Shown here piece by piece: positions 1 through 8,308 of a stretch of DNA of 31,619 nt. This DNA comes from a virus (lineage: Duplodnaviria > Caudoviricetes): positions 1-31,619 of the IMG/VR virus record IMGVR_UViG_3300017722_001395; one strand, 5' to 3'. A program made the position numbers and the translations under genes. The notes below the pieces were generated by a model, which was not told the origin of the DNA, made no database searches, and was given only the letters and a program-made list of their open reading frames with translations. Position 1 is the first letter of the stretch. Every line of letters begins with the position of its first letter.

Positions 1-1041
1 ATTTGCGCCCTGGACGACGGCGACGACCCGTTCGCGGACGAATCATGCTGGGCGAAGGCGAACCCAGAACTAGGGAACGTCATTCGGCCCGACTATCTTC
101 GGTCGCAAATCGCTTCGGCGAAGATGCTTCCGTCGTATCAAAACACGGTGCTTCGGCTGAACTTTTGCGTCTGGACCGACGCAGATCGGGCATGGATTAC
201 CCGCGAAGCATGGGAATCTTGCGAGGTCAGCGAGAAAAACCCAACGCCTAACGACGGCCTGGGCCGACGCCGGTCGGTGAAAGAACTGCGAATAGAGGAT
301 TTCGCGGGCGCGAAAGCATGGGGCGGCCTTGACCTGTCATGGTCGCAGGACTTGACCGCCCGCGCCCTGACGTTTTCCGACACGGTCGCGGGCGTCCCGC
401 ACCTGTTTTCGTTCCTGAAGTTCTGGACCCCCGCCGACACGCTTCGGGTCCGCGCCGCCCGCGACCGCGTCCCTTATGATGTCTGGGTCCGGGAAGGCTG
501 GATGGAAGCGACGCCGGGGAAGATCGTCCCGACCGCCGCCATCGGACTCCAACTGCACAAAGACCAGACCGATTTCGACCTTCAGTTTACGGCGTTCGAC
601 CGCTACCGGCACAAAGACCTTGAGGACAAACTAGCCGAAGAGGGCTTCGCGCCCCCGATGCTGGAACATCCCCAAGGCTTCCGGCGCTTTTCAAAGGTCG
701 ACGAACGGCTGGCGTCCCGTTTTGGCTGGTATGACGAACGGGGCCAGGTCGTCGAGAATCCGCTATGGATGCCGGGAAGCATTGAGGCATGGGAACACGC
801 GATAATCGAGGGCCGGTGGTGGACTCCGGCTAACCCGGTGCTTCGCTGGAATGTCGCTGGCGTCTTCCCCCAGCCCAACCCGTCCGGGACCGGCGACATC
901 ATCTTCAACAAACGCAAGGCGACTGGGCGCATAGATGGCGCCGTCGCTTGTGCTATGAGCGTCGGCGCGGCTGTGGCAAGGTTCGGCCCTGAAGGTTCCG
1001 CGCTGGACGATTTTCTAGCTAATCCGGTGATGACGAAATGA
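1..1041 (+). CDS. terL: Terminase large subunit, C-terminal part (5'-truncated by the window)
   Basis: Frame is open from base 1 (ICALDDGDDPFADESCWAKANPELG). Motifs W-KANP-LG, GGLDLS--QDLTA, AFDRY and K-TGRIDG-VA--MA are typical of lambda/HK97-type terminase nuclease domains. Directly precedes the portal gene. Confidence 0.95.
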   Translation: MCALDDGDDPFADESCWAKANPELGNVIRPDYLRSQIASAKMLPSYQNTVLRLNFCVWTDADRAWITREAWESCEVSEKNPTPNDGLGRRRSVKELRIEDFAGAKAWGGLDLSWSQDLTARALTFSDTVAGVPHLFSFLKFWTPADTLRVRAARDRVPYDVWVREGWMEATPGKIVPTAAIGLQLHKDQTDFDLQFTAFDRYRHKDLEDKLAEEGFAPPMLEHPQGFRRFSKVDERLASRFGWYDERGQVVENPLWMPGSIEAWEHAIIEGRWWTPANPVLRWNVAGVFPQPNPSGTGDIIFNKRKATGRIDGAVACAMSVGAAVARFGPEGSALDDFLANPVMTK

Positions 1042-2321
1042 GCAGTTTCTGGGGACGGGTCGGCCAAGTCTTCCGTTTGTCGGGTGGCGTTCCCTTTGGC
1101 GCGTTCTTCAGCGGCGCGAACTATGCTCAAAAGGACGTCACACCCGACACGGTGCTAAACCTGTCGGCGGCCTGGGCCTGTCAGCGGCTGATTTCCGGCA
1201 CGGTCGCGACGCTTCCGCTTCACATTATGCGGCGCGGCGAGAACGGGCGCCGGGAACTGGCGAAGGAACACCCGGTTTCCGAAGTGCTGCGGGGCCAGCC
1301 GAACGCGACCCAGACGCCGGTCGAATTCATGGAAGGAATGGTCGCGTCGCTGGTCGGGCGCGGCATGGGCTATGCGATAAAGGACACGCTGGGCGGCGAC
1401 CTGGTTGGGCTTCGCCCTTGGGATTATGACCGCTGCATTCCGATGCGCCGCGATAACGGCGCCCTGTTCTATCAGGTAACATTCCGGGACGGGTCGCAAC
1501 AGAACCTGACGCCCGAACGTGTTTTCGTTCTGAAGGGCTTCACCGACAACCGCGAACCGGACCTGGGCCTTTCGACCATCGCGTATGGTCGCCAGACCTT
1601 CGGAAACGCGATTGCGGTCGAAGAGGCGGTCGGGCGGCAATATGCCAAGGGCCTAAAGCAGCCGGGGTTCTTCTACACCGAAAACCCCGCCGTTCGCCTC
1701 GACGCCGACAAGCGCGCCCAGTTTCAGATGATTATCGACCAGTTCACGGGTTCGCAGAACGCCGGGGCGACGATGCTTCTGGAAGGCGGATTCAAGTGGC
1801 AGGGCATGGGCATAAACCCCGCTGACTTCGAAATGCTTTCGACCCGGTCGTTCAATATCGAAGACGTCTGTCGCTGGTTCCAGGTTCCGCCGATGATGAT
1901 CGGACACACCGACAAGATGACGTCATGGCCGGGCGGTCAGGAGGGGATGCGAATGGATTTCCGCGACTTCTGCCTGATGCCCTACCTGACCCGCATCGAA
2001 CAGGCCATCGACACGCGACTCCTGACCGCGGAAGACCGGCGCGCGGGTTATTACGCGAAGTTCAGTTCTGAGGGCCTGTTGCGCGGCAACGTCGACGCCA
2101 GGTCGAAGCTTTATTCGTCGGCGCTCCAAAACGGCTGGATGACCCGCGACGAAGTCCGCGAACTTGAGGAATGGGACGCCATCACGGGCGGCGGTGGCGA
2201 ACTTCTGACGGTGCAACAGAACCTGACTCCGCTGTCGATGTTGCAGCGAGAGGCCGAGGCCCGCACTATGACAAACGGCGGAACCCCTCCGTCGCCGACC
2301 CAGCCGACTCCCGGAGTCTGA
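1038..2321 (+). CDS. HK97-family portal protein
   Basis: 427 aa; motifs PNATQTP-EF, GLS-I, LLEGG-KW, RSFNIEDVCRWFQVPP-MIG, NGWMTRDEVRELE; ATGA overlap with terL. Confidence 0.96.
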   Translation: MSSFWGRVGQVFRLSGGVPFGAFFSGANYAQKDVTPDTVLNLSAAWACQRLISGTVATLPLHIMRRGENGRRELAKEHPVSEVLRGQPNATQTPVEFMEGMVASLVGRGMGYAIKDTLGGDLVGLRPWDYDRCIPMRRDNGALFYQVTFRDGSQQNLTPERVFVLKGFTDNREPDLGLSTIAYGRQTFGNAIAVEEAVGRQYAKGLKQPGFFYTENPAVRLDADKRAQFQMIIDQFTGSQNAGATMLLEGGFKWQGMGINPADFEMLSTRSFNIEDVCRWFQVPPMMIGHTDKMTSWPGGQEGMRMDFRDFCLMPYLTRIEQAIDTRLLTAEDRRAGYYAKFSSEGLLRGNVDARSKLYSSALQNGWMTRDEVRELEEWDAITGGGGELLTVQQNLTPLSMLQREAEARTMTNGGTPPSPTQPTPGV

Positions 2322-2326
2322 CGCCG

Positions 2327-3409
2327 ATGCGTTATTTTCACCTGCTTTCGATGATGGCCACGACGCCCTGGGCGGTCGAGCGTTCATATCTGGCGGCGGC
2401 CATGTCCATTCTGGCGAATCGGTCGTTTGACCTAGCGGGGCCGGTTGAGCCGATTTCGGAAGATGCGCGGCTGTCCCAGAGGCGCGTCGACCAGTCCCGC
2501 AAATCGGGCGGCGCCGTGGCCGTCCTGCCCATCTATGGCGTGATGGCCCAACGCATGACCGCGATGGAAGAGCAATGCGCGGGCGGCGTTTCGGTCGAAA
2601 AGGTTTCGGCGGCCTTCCGCGCGCTGGTCGCTGACGAAGACGTTTCCGCGATTATCCTCGACTGGGACTCGCCGGGCGGGTCGACCTATGGCGTTCAGGA
2701 ATTCGCCGACGAAGTTCGCGAGGCCCGCGGGACGAAGCCCATCGTTTCGCAGGTCAATAGCCTGATGGCGTCGGCGGCCTATTGGGTCGGGTCGGCGGCT
2801 GACGAAATCGTCGTCACGCCTGGCGGTCGGGCCGGTTCCATCGGCGTCTATTCGATTCACGAAGACATTTCGACCATGCTGGAAATGCAAGGCGTGAAAA
2901 CGACGGTCATCAAAGAGGGCGAACACAAAATCGCCGCCCATCCGTTCGGCCCTCTTTCTGAAGACGGTCGCGCCCAGCTTGAAGCCCTGGTCAGTGAGTC
3001 GGCCTATGCCTTCCGGGGCGCCGTCGCCGAAAACCGGAACGTCAGCCGGAAAGCGGTCGTCGAGACGTTTGGCGACGGGAAAGTTTTCGGCGCTGAAGAA
3101 CTGGTGAAGCGCGGAATGGCCGACCGAGTGGGGACGCTTGGCGACACGCTGGCCCGGTTCGGCGTTGCCTCGCCGAAGAAGGCGGCGGCGGCCCAAGCGC
3201 GGGCGACCTTTGCGAACGGCGAAATTCCGGCTATAGGCGTCCTGCACGACGGACTCCGGGGAACCCTCGGACTGTCGAAGTCCCAAGCCGACGCCCTGCT
3301 TCAGCGCGGTTTCTCGGGTATCGCGGGGGGAACCCTCCCGGTCGAAGCATCCGACCCCATCCCTTCCGCGCCGGTTCGACTTGTCAGCCGGTTCATCCCA
3401 ACGGCCTAG
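2327..3409 (+). CDS. Prohead maturation protease, peptidase S49 (SppA/ClpP-like)
   Basis: Motifs AIILDWDSPGG, MASAAYW, AGSIGV, G-ADRVGTL; lies between portal and capsid. ATG 2327 chosen because the ORF-track start 2171 overlaps the portal. Confidence 0.92.
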   Translation: MRYFHLLSMMATTPWAVERSYLAAAMSILANRSFDLAGPVEPISEDARLSQRRVDQSRKSGGAVAVLPIYGVMAQRMTAMEEQCAGGVSVEKVSAAFRALVADEDVSAIILDWDSPGGSTYGVQEFADEVREARGTKPIVSQVNSLMASAAYWVGSAADEIVVTPGGRAGSIGVYSIHEDISTMLEMQGVKTTVIKEGEHKIAAHPFGPLSEDGRAQLEALVSESAYAFRGAVAENRNVSRKAVVETFGDGKVFGAEELVKRGMADRVGTLGDTLARFGVASPKKAAAAQARATFANGEIPAIGVLHDGLRGTLGLSKSQADALLQRGFSGIAGGTLPVEASDPIPSAPVRLVSRFIPTA

Positions 3410-3440
3410 CCTAGCGCGGGCCGTATGAAAGGCCCCCGCT

Positions 3441-4643
3441 ATGACGACCCCGACCATTGACGAAATCAACGCCCAGCTTGAGCAGCGCGACACCGCGATT
3501 CAAGCGGCCCTGACCGCCCTGGAAACCGCCAGCGGCGACCAGATCGCGAACCTTCGCGCCGAACTGAACGCCCAGGCCGAATCCGGCATGAAGCTTCACG
3601 CGAAGCTTCTGGAAGTCTCGCAAAAGATGGCCGACCAGATCGGCGCGATGGGCGGCCCCGGCAACGCCCCCAAGGCGTTTTCGTCGTCCGCGCTGGACTC
3701 CGACTCGTTCAAGGCCGTGCTGCAAGGCAAGGCGAAGACTGGCCGCTTCACCGCGAACGGTTCCTGGCACGGTGGCGCCTATGGCGCCGTCATCGGTTCC
3801 GGCACGACCGGCGAGGGTAACGGCGGCGCGCTGCTTCAGCCCGATTTCCGCCCTGGGATTATCACTCAGGCGGATATGCCCCTGCTGATTCGCGACCTTC
3901 TGATGCCGGGTCGCACGTCGGCCCAGGTCGTGACCTATTTCCGCGAAGTCGGCTTCACCAACGCCGCCGAATTCGTTTCGGAAAACACCCGGAAGCCGCA
4001 ATCCGACGCCGAATTCGAGTTCGCCGAGGCCCCCGTTCGGACCCTGGCGCACTTCGTCAAGGCGACGAACCAAATCCTCGCCGACGTCCCCGCGCTGCGT
4101 TCTTACATCGACTTCCGGCTTCGCTGGGGCGTGAAGTATGTCGAAAACGACGCGATGCTGAACGGAACCGGGACGGGCCAGACCATCGAAGGTCTGAAGC
4201 CCGCCGCGACTCCGTATCAGACCGCGCGGAACCAAGTCGGCGACACCCGCATCGACACGCTGCGTCGCGCCATGACGCAAGTTTCGCTGGCCTTCTACCC
4301 GGTCAGCGGATTCATTCTGCACCCCGACGACTGGGAGGCGATTGAACTGACGAAGACGCAAGAGGGCGCTTATGTCTTCGCGAACCCGCTTACCTTGGCT
4401 GGCCCGACCCTTTGGGGCCGTCCGGTCATCGCGACCGCCGCCCAGACCGCGGGGGAATTCACCCTCGGGGCCTTCAATATGGCCGCCCAAATCTTCGACC
4501 GTGAGGACATCACTGTCGAGATCGCGACCGAGAACGAAGACGACTTCGTCAACAACCGCGTGACCATCCGCGGCGAAGAGCGTCTGGCCCTGGCGATTCA
4601 CAGGCCAGAAGCGATTGTGGACGGCGCATTCCCCCAGACCTAA
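3441..4643 (+). CDS. Major capsid protein, HK97 fold, with N-terminal coiled-coil delta domain
   Basis: 400 aa; motifs LLIRDL, VRTLAHFVK-TNQILAD, LNGTG, TLWGRPV, EDDFVNNRVTIRGEERLALAI-RPEA. Confidence 0.97.
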   Translation: MTTPTIDEINAQLEQRDTAIQAALTALETASGDQIANLRAELNAQAESGMKLHAKLLEVSQKMADQIGAMGGPGNAPKAFSSSALDSDSFKAVLQGKAKTGRFTANGSWHGGAYGAVIGSGTTGEGNGGALLQPDFRPGIITQADMPLLIRDLLMPGRTSAQVVTYFREVGFTNAAEFVSENTRKPQSDAEFEFAEAPVRTLAHFVKATNQILADVPALRSYIDFRLRWGVKYVENDAMLNGTGTGQTIEGLKPAATPYQTARNQVGDTRIDTLRRAMTQVSLAFYPVSGFILHPDDWEAIELTKTQEGAYVFANPLTLAGPTLWGRPVIATAAQTAGEFTLGAFNMAAQIFDREDITVEIATENEDDFVNNRVTIRGEERLALAIHRPEAIVDGAFPQT

Positions 4644-4670
4644 CCCGTCTGTCGGACATTGTGTTAGGGG

Positions 4671-4702
4671 AAGGGCGTCGGCTTCGGTCGGCGCCCTTTT
4701 TC
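4671..4702 (+). terminator. Rho-independent terminator after the capsid gene
   Basis: AAGGGCGTCGGC-TTCG-GTCGGCGCCCTT stem with a UUCG loop, followed by a T run. Confidence 0.85.
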
Positions 4703-4715
4703 TATGGAGGCGCGG

Positions 4716-5042
4716 TTGGCGCAGAAAATGGTTCGGGTCCGATACTGTCGGACGATGGGCGTCGGTCGTGACCGGCGCGGGCCGGGTCACGAAGTGGTCG
4801 TCGATGAAGCGACGGCGGCTAAGTGGCTGGCGAATGGCCGAGTGGCCTTAGTGGCGACCGGAAAGGAGGCGGCGCGGCCCCTGACCGCGTCGGACCCTAT
4901 GTCGGCGCCCCAGCCTGGTTCCCCCGCTGGTTTGGGCGCTGTGTCGTCATCGTCGCGTCGGGGCCGTCCGCCGCGGACGAAGACCTTAGCGCCATTCGCG
5001 CCCGCCTCGCCGCTTCAGGACGAAGCGAACCCGTTTGGATAG
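4716..5042 (+). CDS. Small post-capsid virion-type protein with an RRGRPPR (AT-hook-like) tail
   Basis: GGAGG at 4706-4710 precedes TTG 4716 (alternatives ATG 4704 or 4728). N-terminal VRVRY...GPGHEVVVDEATAAKWLANGRVALV pattern resembles small head/neck proteins found after capsid genes. Confidence 0.65.
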   Translation: MAQKMVRVRYCRTMGVGRDRRGPGHEVVVDEATAAKWLANGRVALVATGKEAARPLTASDPMSAPQPGSPAGLGAVSSSSRRGRPPRTKTLAPFAPASPLQDEANPFG

Positions 5043-5539
5043 CGGTCAACGCATCGTATCGCCTGACGCCGTGGGCCGACCTTCTCTATGCCGCTGACGG
5101 CCTGTTCTGGGCGCGAGACGAAGGCGCGCGGGCGTTCCCCGGCCTGAAAGTCACGCAAGCCGCGAGAGACGCCGGGCGCTTCGGTCTGGAATGCGTCAAC
5201 GTGTCGGCGTCGCGTCGCACAATGGCGTTTGAACGGTTCGGCGAAATCGGGTCGGGCGGGAATAGCGGCTTTCAGGCGGTCAATCTGGCGGCCCAGGCTG
5301 GGGCGTCGCGAATCGTGCTGGTCGGCTTCGACTATTCGCTGGCCCGCGGGGTTCACTGGCACGGCGCGCACCCGCCCGGCATGAATAACCCTTCGGCCCG
5401 TAACTGCGAACGCTGGCGGGCCGATATGGACGGCGCCGCGCCCCTTCTGGCGGGCCTTGGCGTTGACGTTCTGAACGCTTCGCCGCATTCATCGCTGACG
5501 GCGTTCGAAAAGCGCCCGCTTTGGGAGTGTCTGTCGTGA
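4823..5539 (+). CDS. Maf/MptE/CstII-like (DUF115-type) nucleotide-sugar transferase-like protein; true start uncertain
   Basis: Motifs VVIVASGPS, IAVN, D-LYAAD, GGNSGFQAVNLA--AGA-RIVLVGFD, HWHG-H, V-NASP-S-L--F. The only in-frame start before the first motif is GTG 4823, inside the upstream gene. Confidence 0.75.
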   Translation: MAGEWPSGLSGDRKGGGAAPDRVGPYVGAPAWFPRWFGRCVVIVASGPSAADEDLSAIRARLAASGRSEPVWIAVNASYRLTPWADLLYAADGLFWARDEGARAFPGLKVTQAARDAGRFGLECVNVSASRRTMAFERFGEIGSGGNSGFQAVNLAAQAGASRIVLVGFDYSLARGVHWHGAHPPGMNNPSARNCERWRADMDGAAPLLAGLGVDVLNASPHSSLTAFEKRPLWECLS

Positions 5540-6198
5540 ACTACGTCCGAGTCAGCGTTAGCCCCGACCTTCCGATTCCGCTGGAAACGGTGAAGTCGCG
5601 GCTTCAGATCGAAGACACGGGCGACGCGACCTTCGACGCGGCCCAGGACGACGCCGTCGAACAGGCCGTTCGCGCGGCGGTCGATTACGTCGAGGCCCAG
5701 ACCCATTTGACCCTCCGTCCGACCGTCTTCCGGCTGGATATGGCAACCTGGTTCACGCCTGACCCCTACGGCGGCCCCGGCTGGCAATGGGGGCGGGGCC
5801 GGGCGCTGATGCTGGCGCGCGTTCCGGTTCAGGAAGTCGAGTCCGTCGACTATCTGGGACTCGGGGAAATCACATGGGACGCCCTCCCGGTGAACGACTG
5901 GGAGTTTCAGCGCATCGCGTCGGGCGGCCTGATTCACCTGATGGAAGGCGTTTCGCTTCCGTTGCTGGCGACCCGCTATAACGCCGTTCAGGTGAACTTC
6001 ACGGCGGGCTTCGAAATCGGCTATCTGACCGGCGCGGGCGATGACCCGGAATTGGCCCTGCCCGCGGGCCTGTCACAAGCCCTGACCCTTCTCGCCGGTC
6101 ATTTCTTCAGCAACCGGGACGCGGTCGGAACTGAACGGACGCACGAAGTGCAAATCGGCGCTGACGCCCTGATGCAAGCGTTCCGCCTTTACAGATAA
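5536..6198 (+). CDS. Head-tail connector/adaptor (HK97 gp6 / phiE125 gp8-like)
   Basis: PIPLETVKSRL, AAVDYVE--T, AVQVNFTAG, P--L-QA--LL-GHFFSNR; GTGA overlap with the preceding stop. Confidence 0.88.
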   Translation: MNYVRVSVSPDLPIPLETVKSRLQIEDTGDATFDAAQDDAVEQAVRAAVDYVEAQTHLTLRPTVFRLDMATWFTPDPYGGPGWQWGRGRALMLARVPVQEVESVDYLGLGEITWDALPVNDWEFQRIASGGLIHLMEGVSLPLLATRYNAVQVNFTAGFEIGYLTGAGDDPELALPAGLSQALTLLAGHFFSNRDAVGTERTHEVQIGADALMQAFRLYR

Positions 6199-6215
6199 CG
6201 GGCGACTGTCATACA
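6188..6215 (+). promoter_or_regulatory. Putative promoter with TGTCATACA operator-like motif
   Basis: TTTACA (6188-6193), 16 nt, CATACA (6210-6215); TGTCATACA at 6207-6215; a GGGGC-GTTCG-GCCCC hairpin and AGGAG RBS follow. Confidence 0.55.
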
Positions 6216-6253
6216 CCGGACGCGGGGCGTTCGGCCCCATGTCAGGAGTCCAG

Positions 6254-6757
6254 ATGGCGCGACCGCATGAACTAACCGCCAACCGGGTTCGGGCGCTTTT
6301 GTCCTATGACCTAGAAACGGGCCTCTTTACCTGGCGGGAAAGTCGGGGCCGGGCCGTGGCCGGGGCGTTTGCCGGGTCGCCGAACAGCGACGGTTATGTC
6401 TGCATAGGCATAGACCGGAAGCGGTATGCGGCGCACCGCCTGGCGTGGCTTTACATGACCGGCGCTTGGCCCGCTGGGGAGCTAGATCATCGGAATTGCG
6501 AAAAGACCGACAACGCGTGGTCGAATCTTCGCGTGGCCGACCGTTCAGGAAATCAAGCGAACAAAAAGAAGAACTGCACAAACACAAGCGGATTCAAGGG
6601 CGTCCATTTCAACAAACACGCCGGGCGCTGGCGCTCCATCTTAAAGTTCCGCGGCGCGTCCTATTTCCTCGGCTACTTCGACACTGCCGAGTCCGCTCAT
6701 AGGGCCTATTGCGCCAAGGCGTCGGAAGTTCACGGCGACTTCGCGAGGGCTTGCTGA
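6254..6757 (+). CDS. Free-standing HNH endonuclease with C-terminal AP2-like domain
   Basis: LSYDLETGLFTW, YAAHRLAWLYMTG-WP---LDHRN--K-DN-W-NLR, NTSGFKGV, LGYFDT-E-AHRAY, HGDFAR. AGGAG precedes ATG 6254. Confidence 0.93.
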   Translation: MARPHELTANRVRALLSYDLETGLFTWRESRGRAVAGAFAGSPNSDGYVCIGIDRKRYAAHRLAWLYMTGAWPAGELDHRNCEKTDNAWSNLRVADRSGNQANKKKNCTNTSGFKGVHFNKHAGRWRSILKFRGASYFLGYFDTAESAHRAYCAKASEVHGDFARAC

Positions 6758-8280
6758 TGGCCCGTCCTGTCTATGTGAGCGGGATGCAAGGGCTTGGAGA
6801 TTGCATCCACGAAAGGGCCGTCGTTCGCGAACTTCTGAAGGCCGGTCGGTCGGTTTGGCTCGAAACGCCCTGGCCTTGCGTCTTCCACGACTTGCCCGTT
6901 CGGCTAGTCGAAAAGCCGACATCGCTTCGAACGCAAGGGAAGAACGCGCGCCGCGAGCGCCGAGCTTATACCCGCGAGCGCCCGCCCCAGTCGCGCGACC
7001 TGTTGAGGGTCAGTTACCCGCCCCAGACCGTCCGCGACGCTGGGTCGGTTCTGGCGGCTATGTCGGGTGTCTGTGGCGTTCCGGTCGGCGACTTCCGGCT
7101 TCCCATCCCTGACGCTTGGCGCGCGAAAGCGGCGGCATTTTTGGCGAAGTGGCGCCCGACGAAACCGCTGATGATTTTCCGCCCGCTGGGCGACCGGACG
7201 GAATGGGGCGGCTGCAAAGCCCGCAACCCCGACCACGACCATTTCGCGGACCTTTTCGAATCCGTCCGCGACCGTTTTTTCGTGGTCGCCGTGGCCGACT
7301 GGGAACAGGGGCGCGAATGGCCGGTCGGGCGCGCGTATGACGCCGACGTCCGACTTCTGGCGGGCGAACTGGACTTCGAAACGCTGGCGGCCCTCGCCGA
7401 TGTGGCGAGCCTTGTCTTTACGTCGCCGGGCTTCGCGGCGGTGCTGGCCCAGGCGGTCGGGACGCCGGTCGCGGTCGTTTTCGGCGGGTATGAAAACGGG
7501 TCGTCGTTTGCGTCTGGCGCCCGGTTCGCGCCTTATCTGCCCATCGAGCCGGTGAAGCCCTGTCAGTGCTTCGCCCATCATCACAACTGCGAAAAGCGAA
7601 TCGACATGGACAAGGCAAAGGCGGCCCTCGGGGCGTTTGTGGCGGCGCATCCGGGGGAAGTCCCCTCGACGCCGGTTTTCGGTGGTCGGTCGAAGGTTCG
7701 CCCGAATGTCACCATCCCGCCGCGCGAAGGCATCGACCTAACCGGGCTTCACACCCGCTATGTGAACCCCGGCGAACTTGAGACGCTGATAACGCTGGTC
7801 GAGAGCGTCGAGCCGCGGACGATGATCGAAGTCGGCTGTAACAGCGGGCGGACGGCGAAGGCCATTCTTCGAAACGTCCCGTCGCTGGAACGCTACGTCG
7901 GAATCGACGTCCCGCCCGGCTATGCGTTCGCGAAGGCGGTTCAGGCCCGCGAAGTCCCGCCCCGGCCCGGTGAAGAGGCCCTGGACGACCCGCGCTTCCG
8001 TTTGTTGCTGGCCCGGCGCGGGACGTTCGACCTGACCGCCGCCGACCTTCCCCGCGCTGACGTCGTATTCATCGACGGCGACCACGGCGAGGCGGCGGTT
8101 CGAGCCGATCACGCCCTGGCCCTTCAGCTTGTCCGACCGGGCGGCCTGATTATTCACCACGACGACCACGACATCGCGACGGTCGACGTTCGCCCGACGC
8201 TGGACGACCTTCACACCGACGCCGCGCCCATCGCGCACGTTCTGGGAACGTGGTTGGCGTTCCATACGGTCAAGGGTTAG
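6757..8280 (+). CDS. GT9-like (heptosyltransferase-fold) glycosyltransferase fused to a class I SAM-dependent methyltransferase
   Basis: N-terminal part: GMQGLGDCI, LAAL---A-LVFTSPGFAAVLAQAVGTP-AVVFGG, C-CF----C-K-I. C-terminal part: IEVGCNSGRT, YVGID, DVVFIDGDH, V-PGGLIIHHD (Methyltransf_24-like). TGATG overlap gives start 6757. Confidence 0.8.
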   Translation: MARPVYVSGMQGLGDCIHERAVVRELLKAGRSVWLETPWPCVFHDLPVRLVEKPTSLRTQGKNARRERRAYTRERPPQSRDLLRVSYPPQTVRDAGSVLAAMSGVCGVPVGDFRLPIPDAWRAKAAAFLAKWRPTKPLMIFRPLGDRTEWGGCKARNPDHDHFADLFESVRDRFFVVAVADWEQGREWPVGRAYDADVRLLAGELDFETLAALADVASLVFTSPGFAAVLAQAVGTPVAVVFGGYENGSSFASGARFAPYLPIEPVKPCQCFAHHHNCEKRIDMDKAKAALGAFVAAHPGEVPSTPVFGGRSKVRPNVTIPPREGIDLTGLHTRYVNPGELETLITLVESVEPRTMIEVGCNSGRTAKAILRNVPSLERYVGIDVPPGYAFAKAVQAREVPPRPGEEALDDPRFRLLLARRGTFDLTAADLPRADVVFIDGDHGEAAVRADHALALQLVRPGGLIIHHDDHDIATVDVRPTLDDLHTDAAPIAHVLGTWLAFHTVKG

Positions 8281-8308
8281 TCTGAACGCCCCAGACAAGG
8301 AGTCCGCT

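Noticed and set aside
2171-2326. Longer start for the S49 protease
   Set aside because: Overlaps the portal gene by about 150 nt with low-complexity sequence; ATG 2327 just after the portal stop fits better.
2432-4790. Long minus-strand ORFs (353 aa and 459 aa) opposite the protease and capsid genes
   Set aside because: Antisense shadows of GC-rich coding sequence; no motifs; the same applies to most Arg-rich ORFs in the track.
4879-4884. CCC TGA as a +1 frameshift site behind AAGGAGG
   Set aside because: It lies in the third frame, which is already closed at 4849-4851 and is not a plausible gene.
5020-5042. The 4716 ORF ends in ANPFG, like DnaB
   Set aside because: Constrained by the overlapping frame and the codons differ; treated as coincidence.
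6199-6757. Group I intron carrying the HNH gene
   Set aside because: Both flanking genes look complete and the non-coding space is about 55 nt, too small for a ribozyme core.
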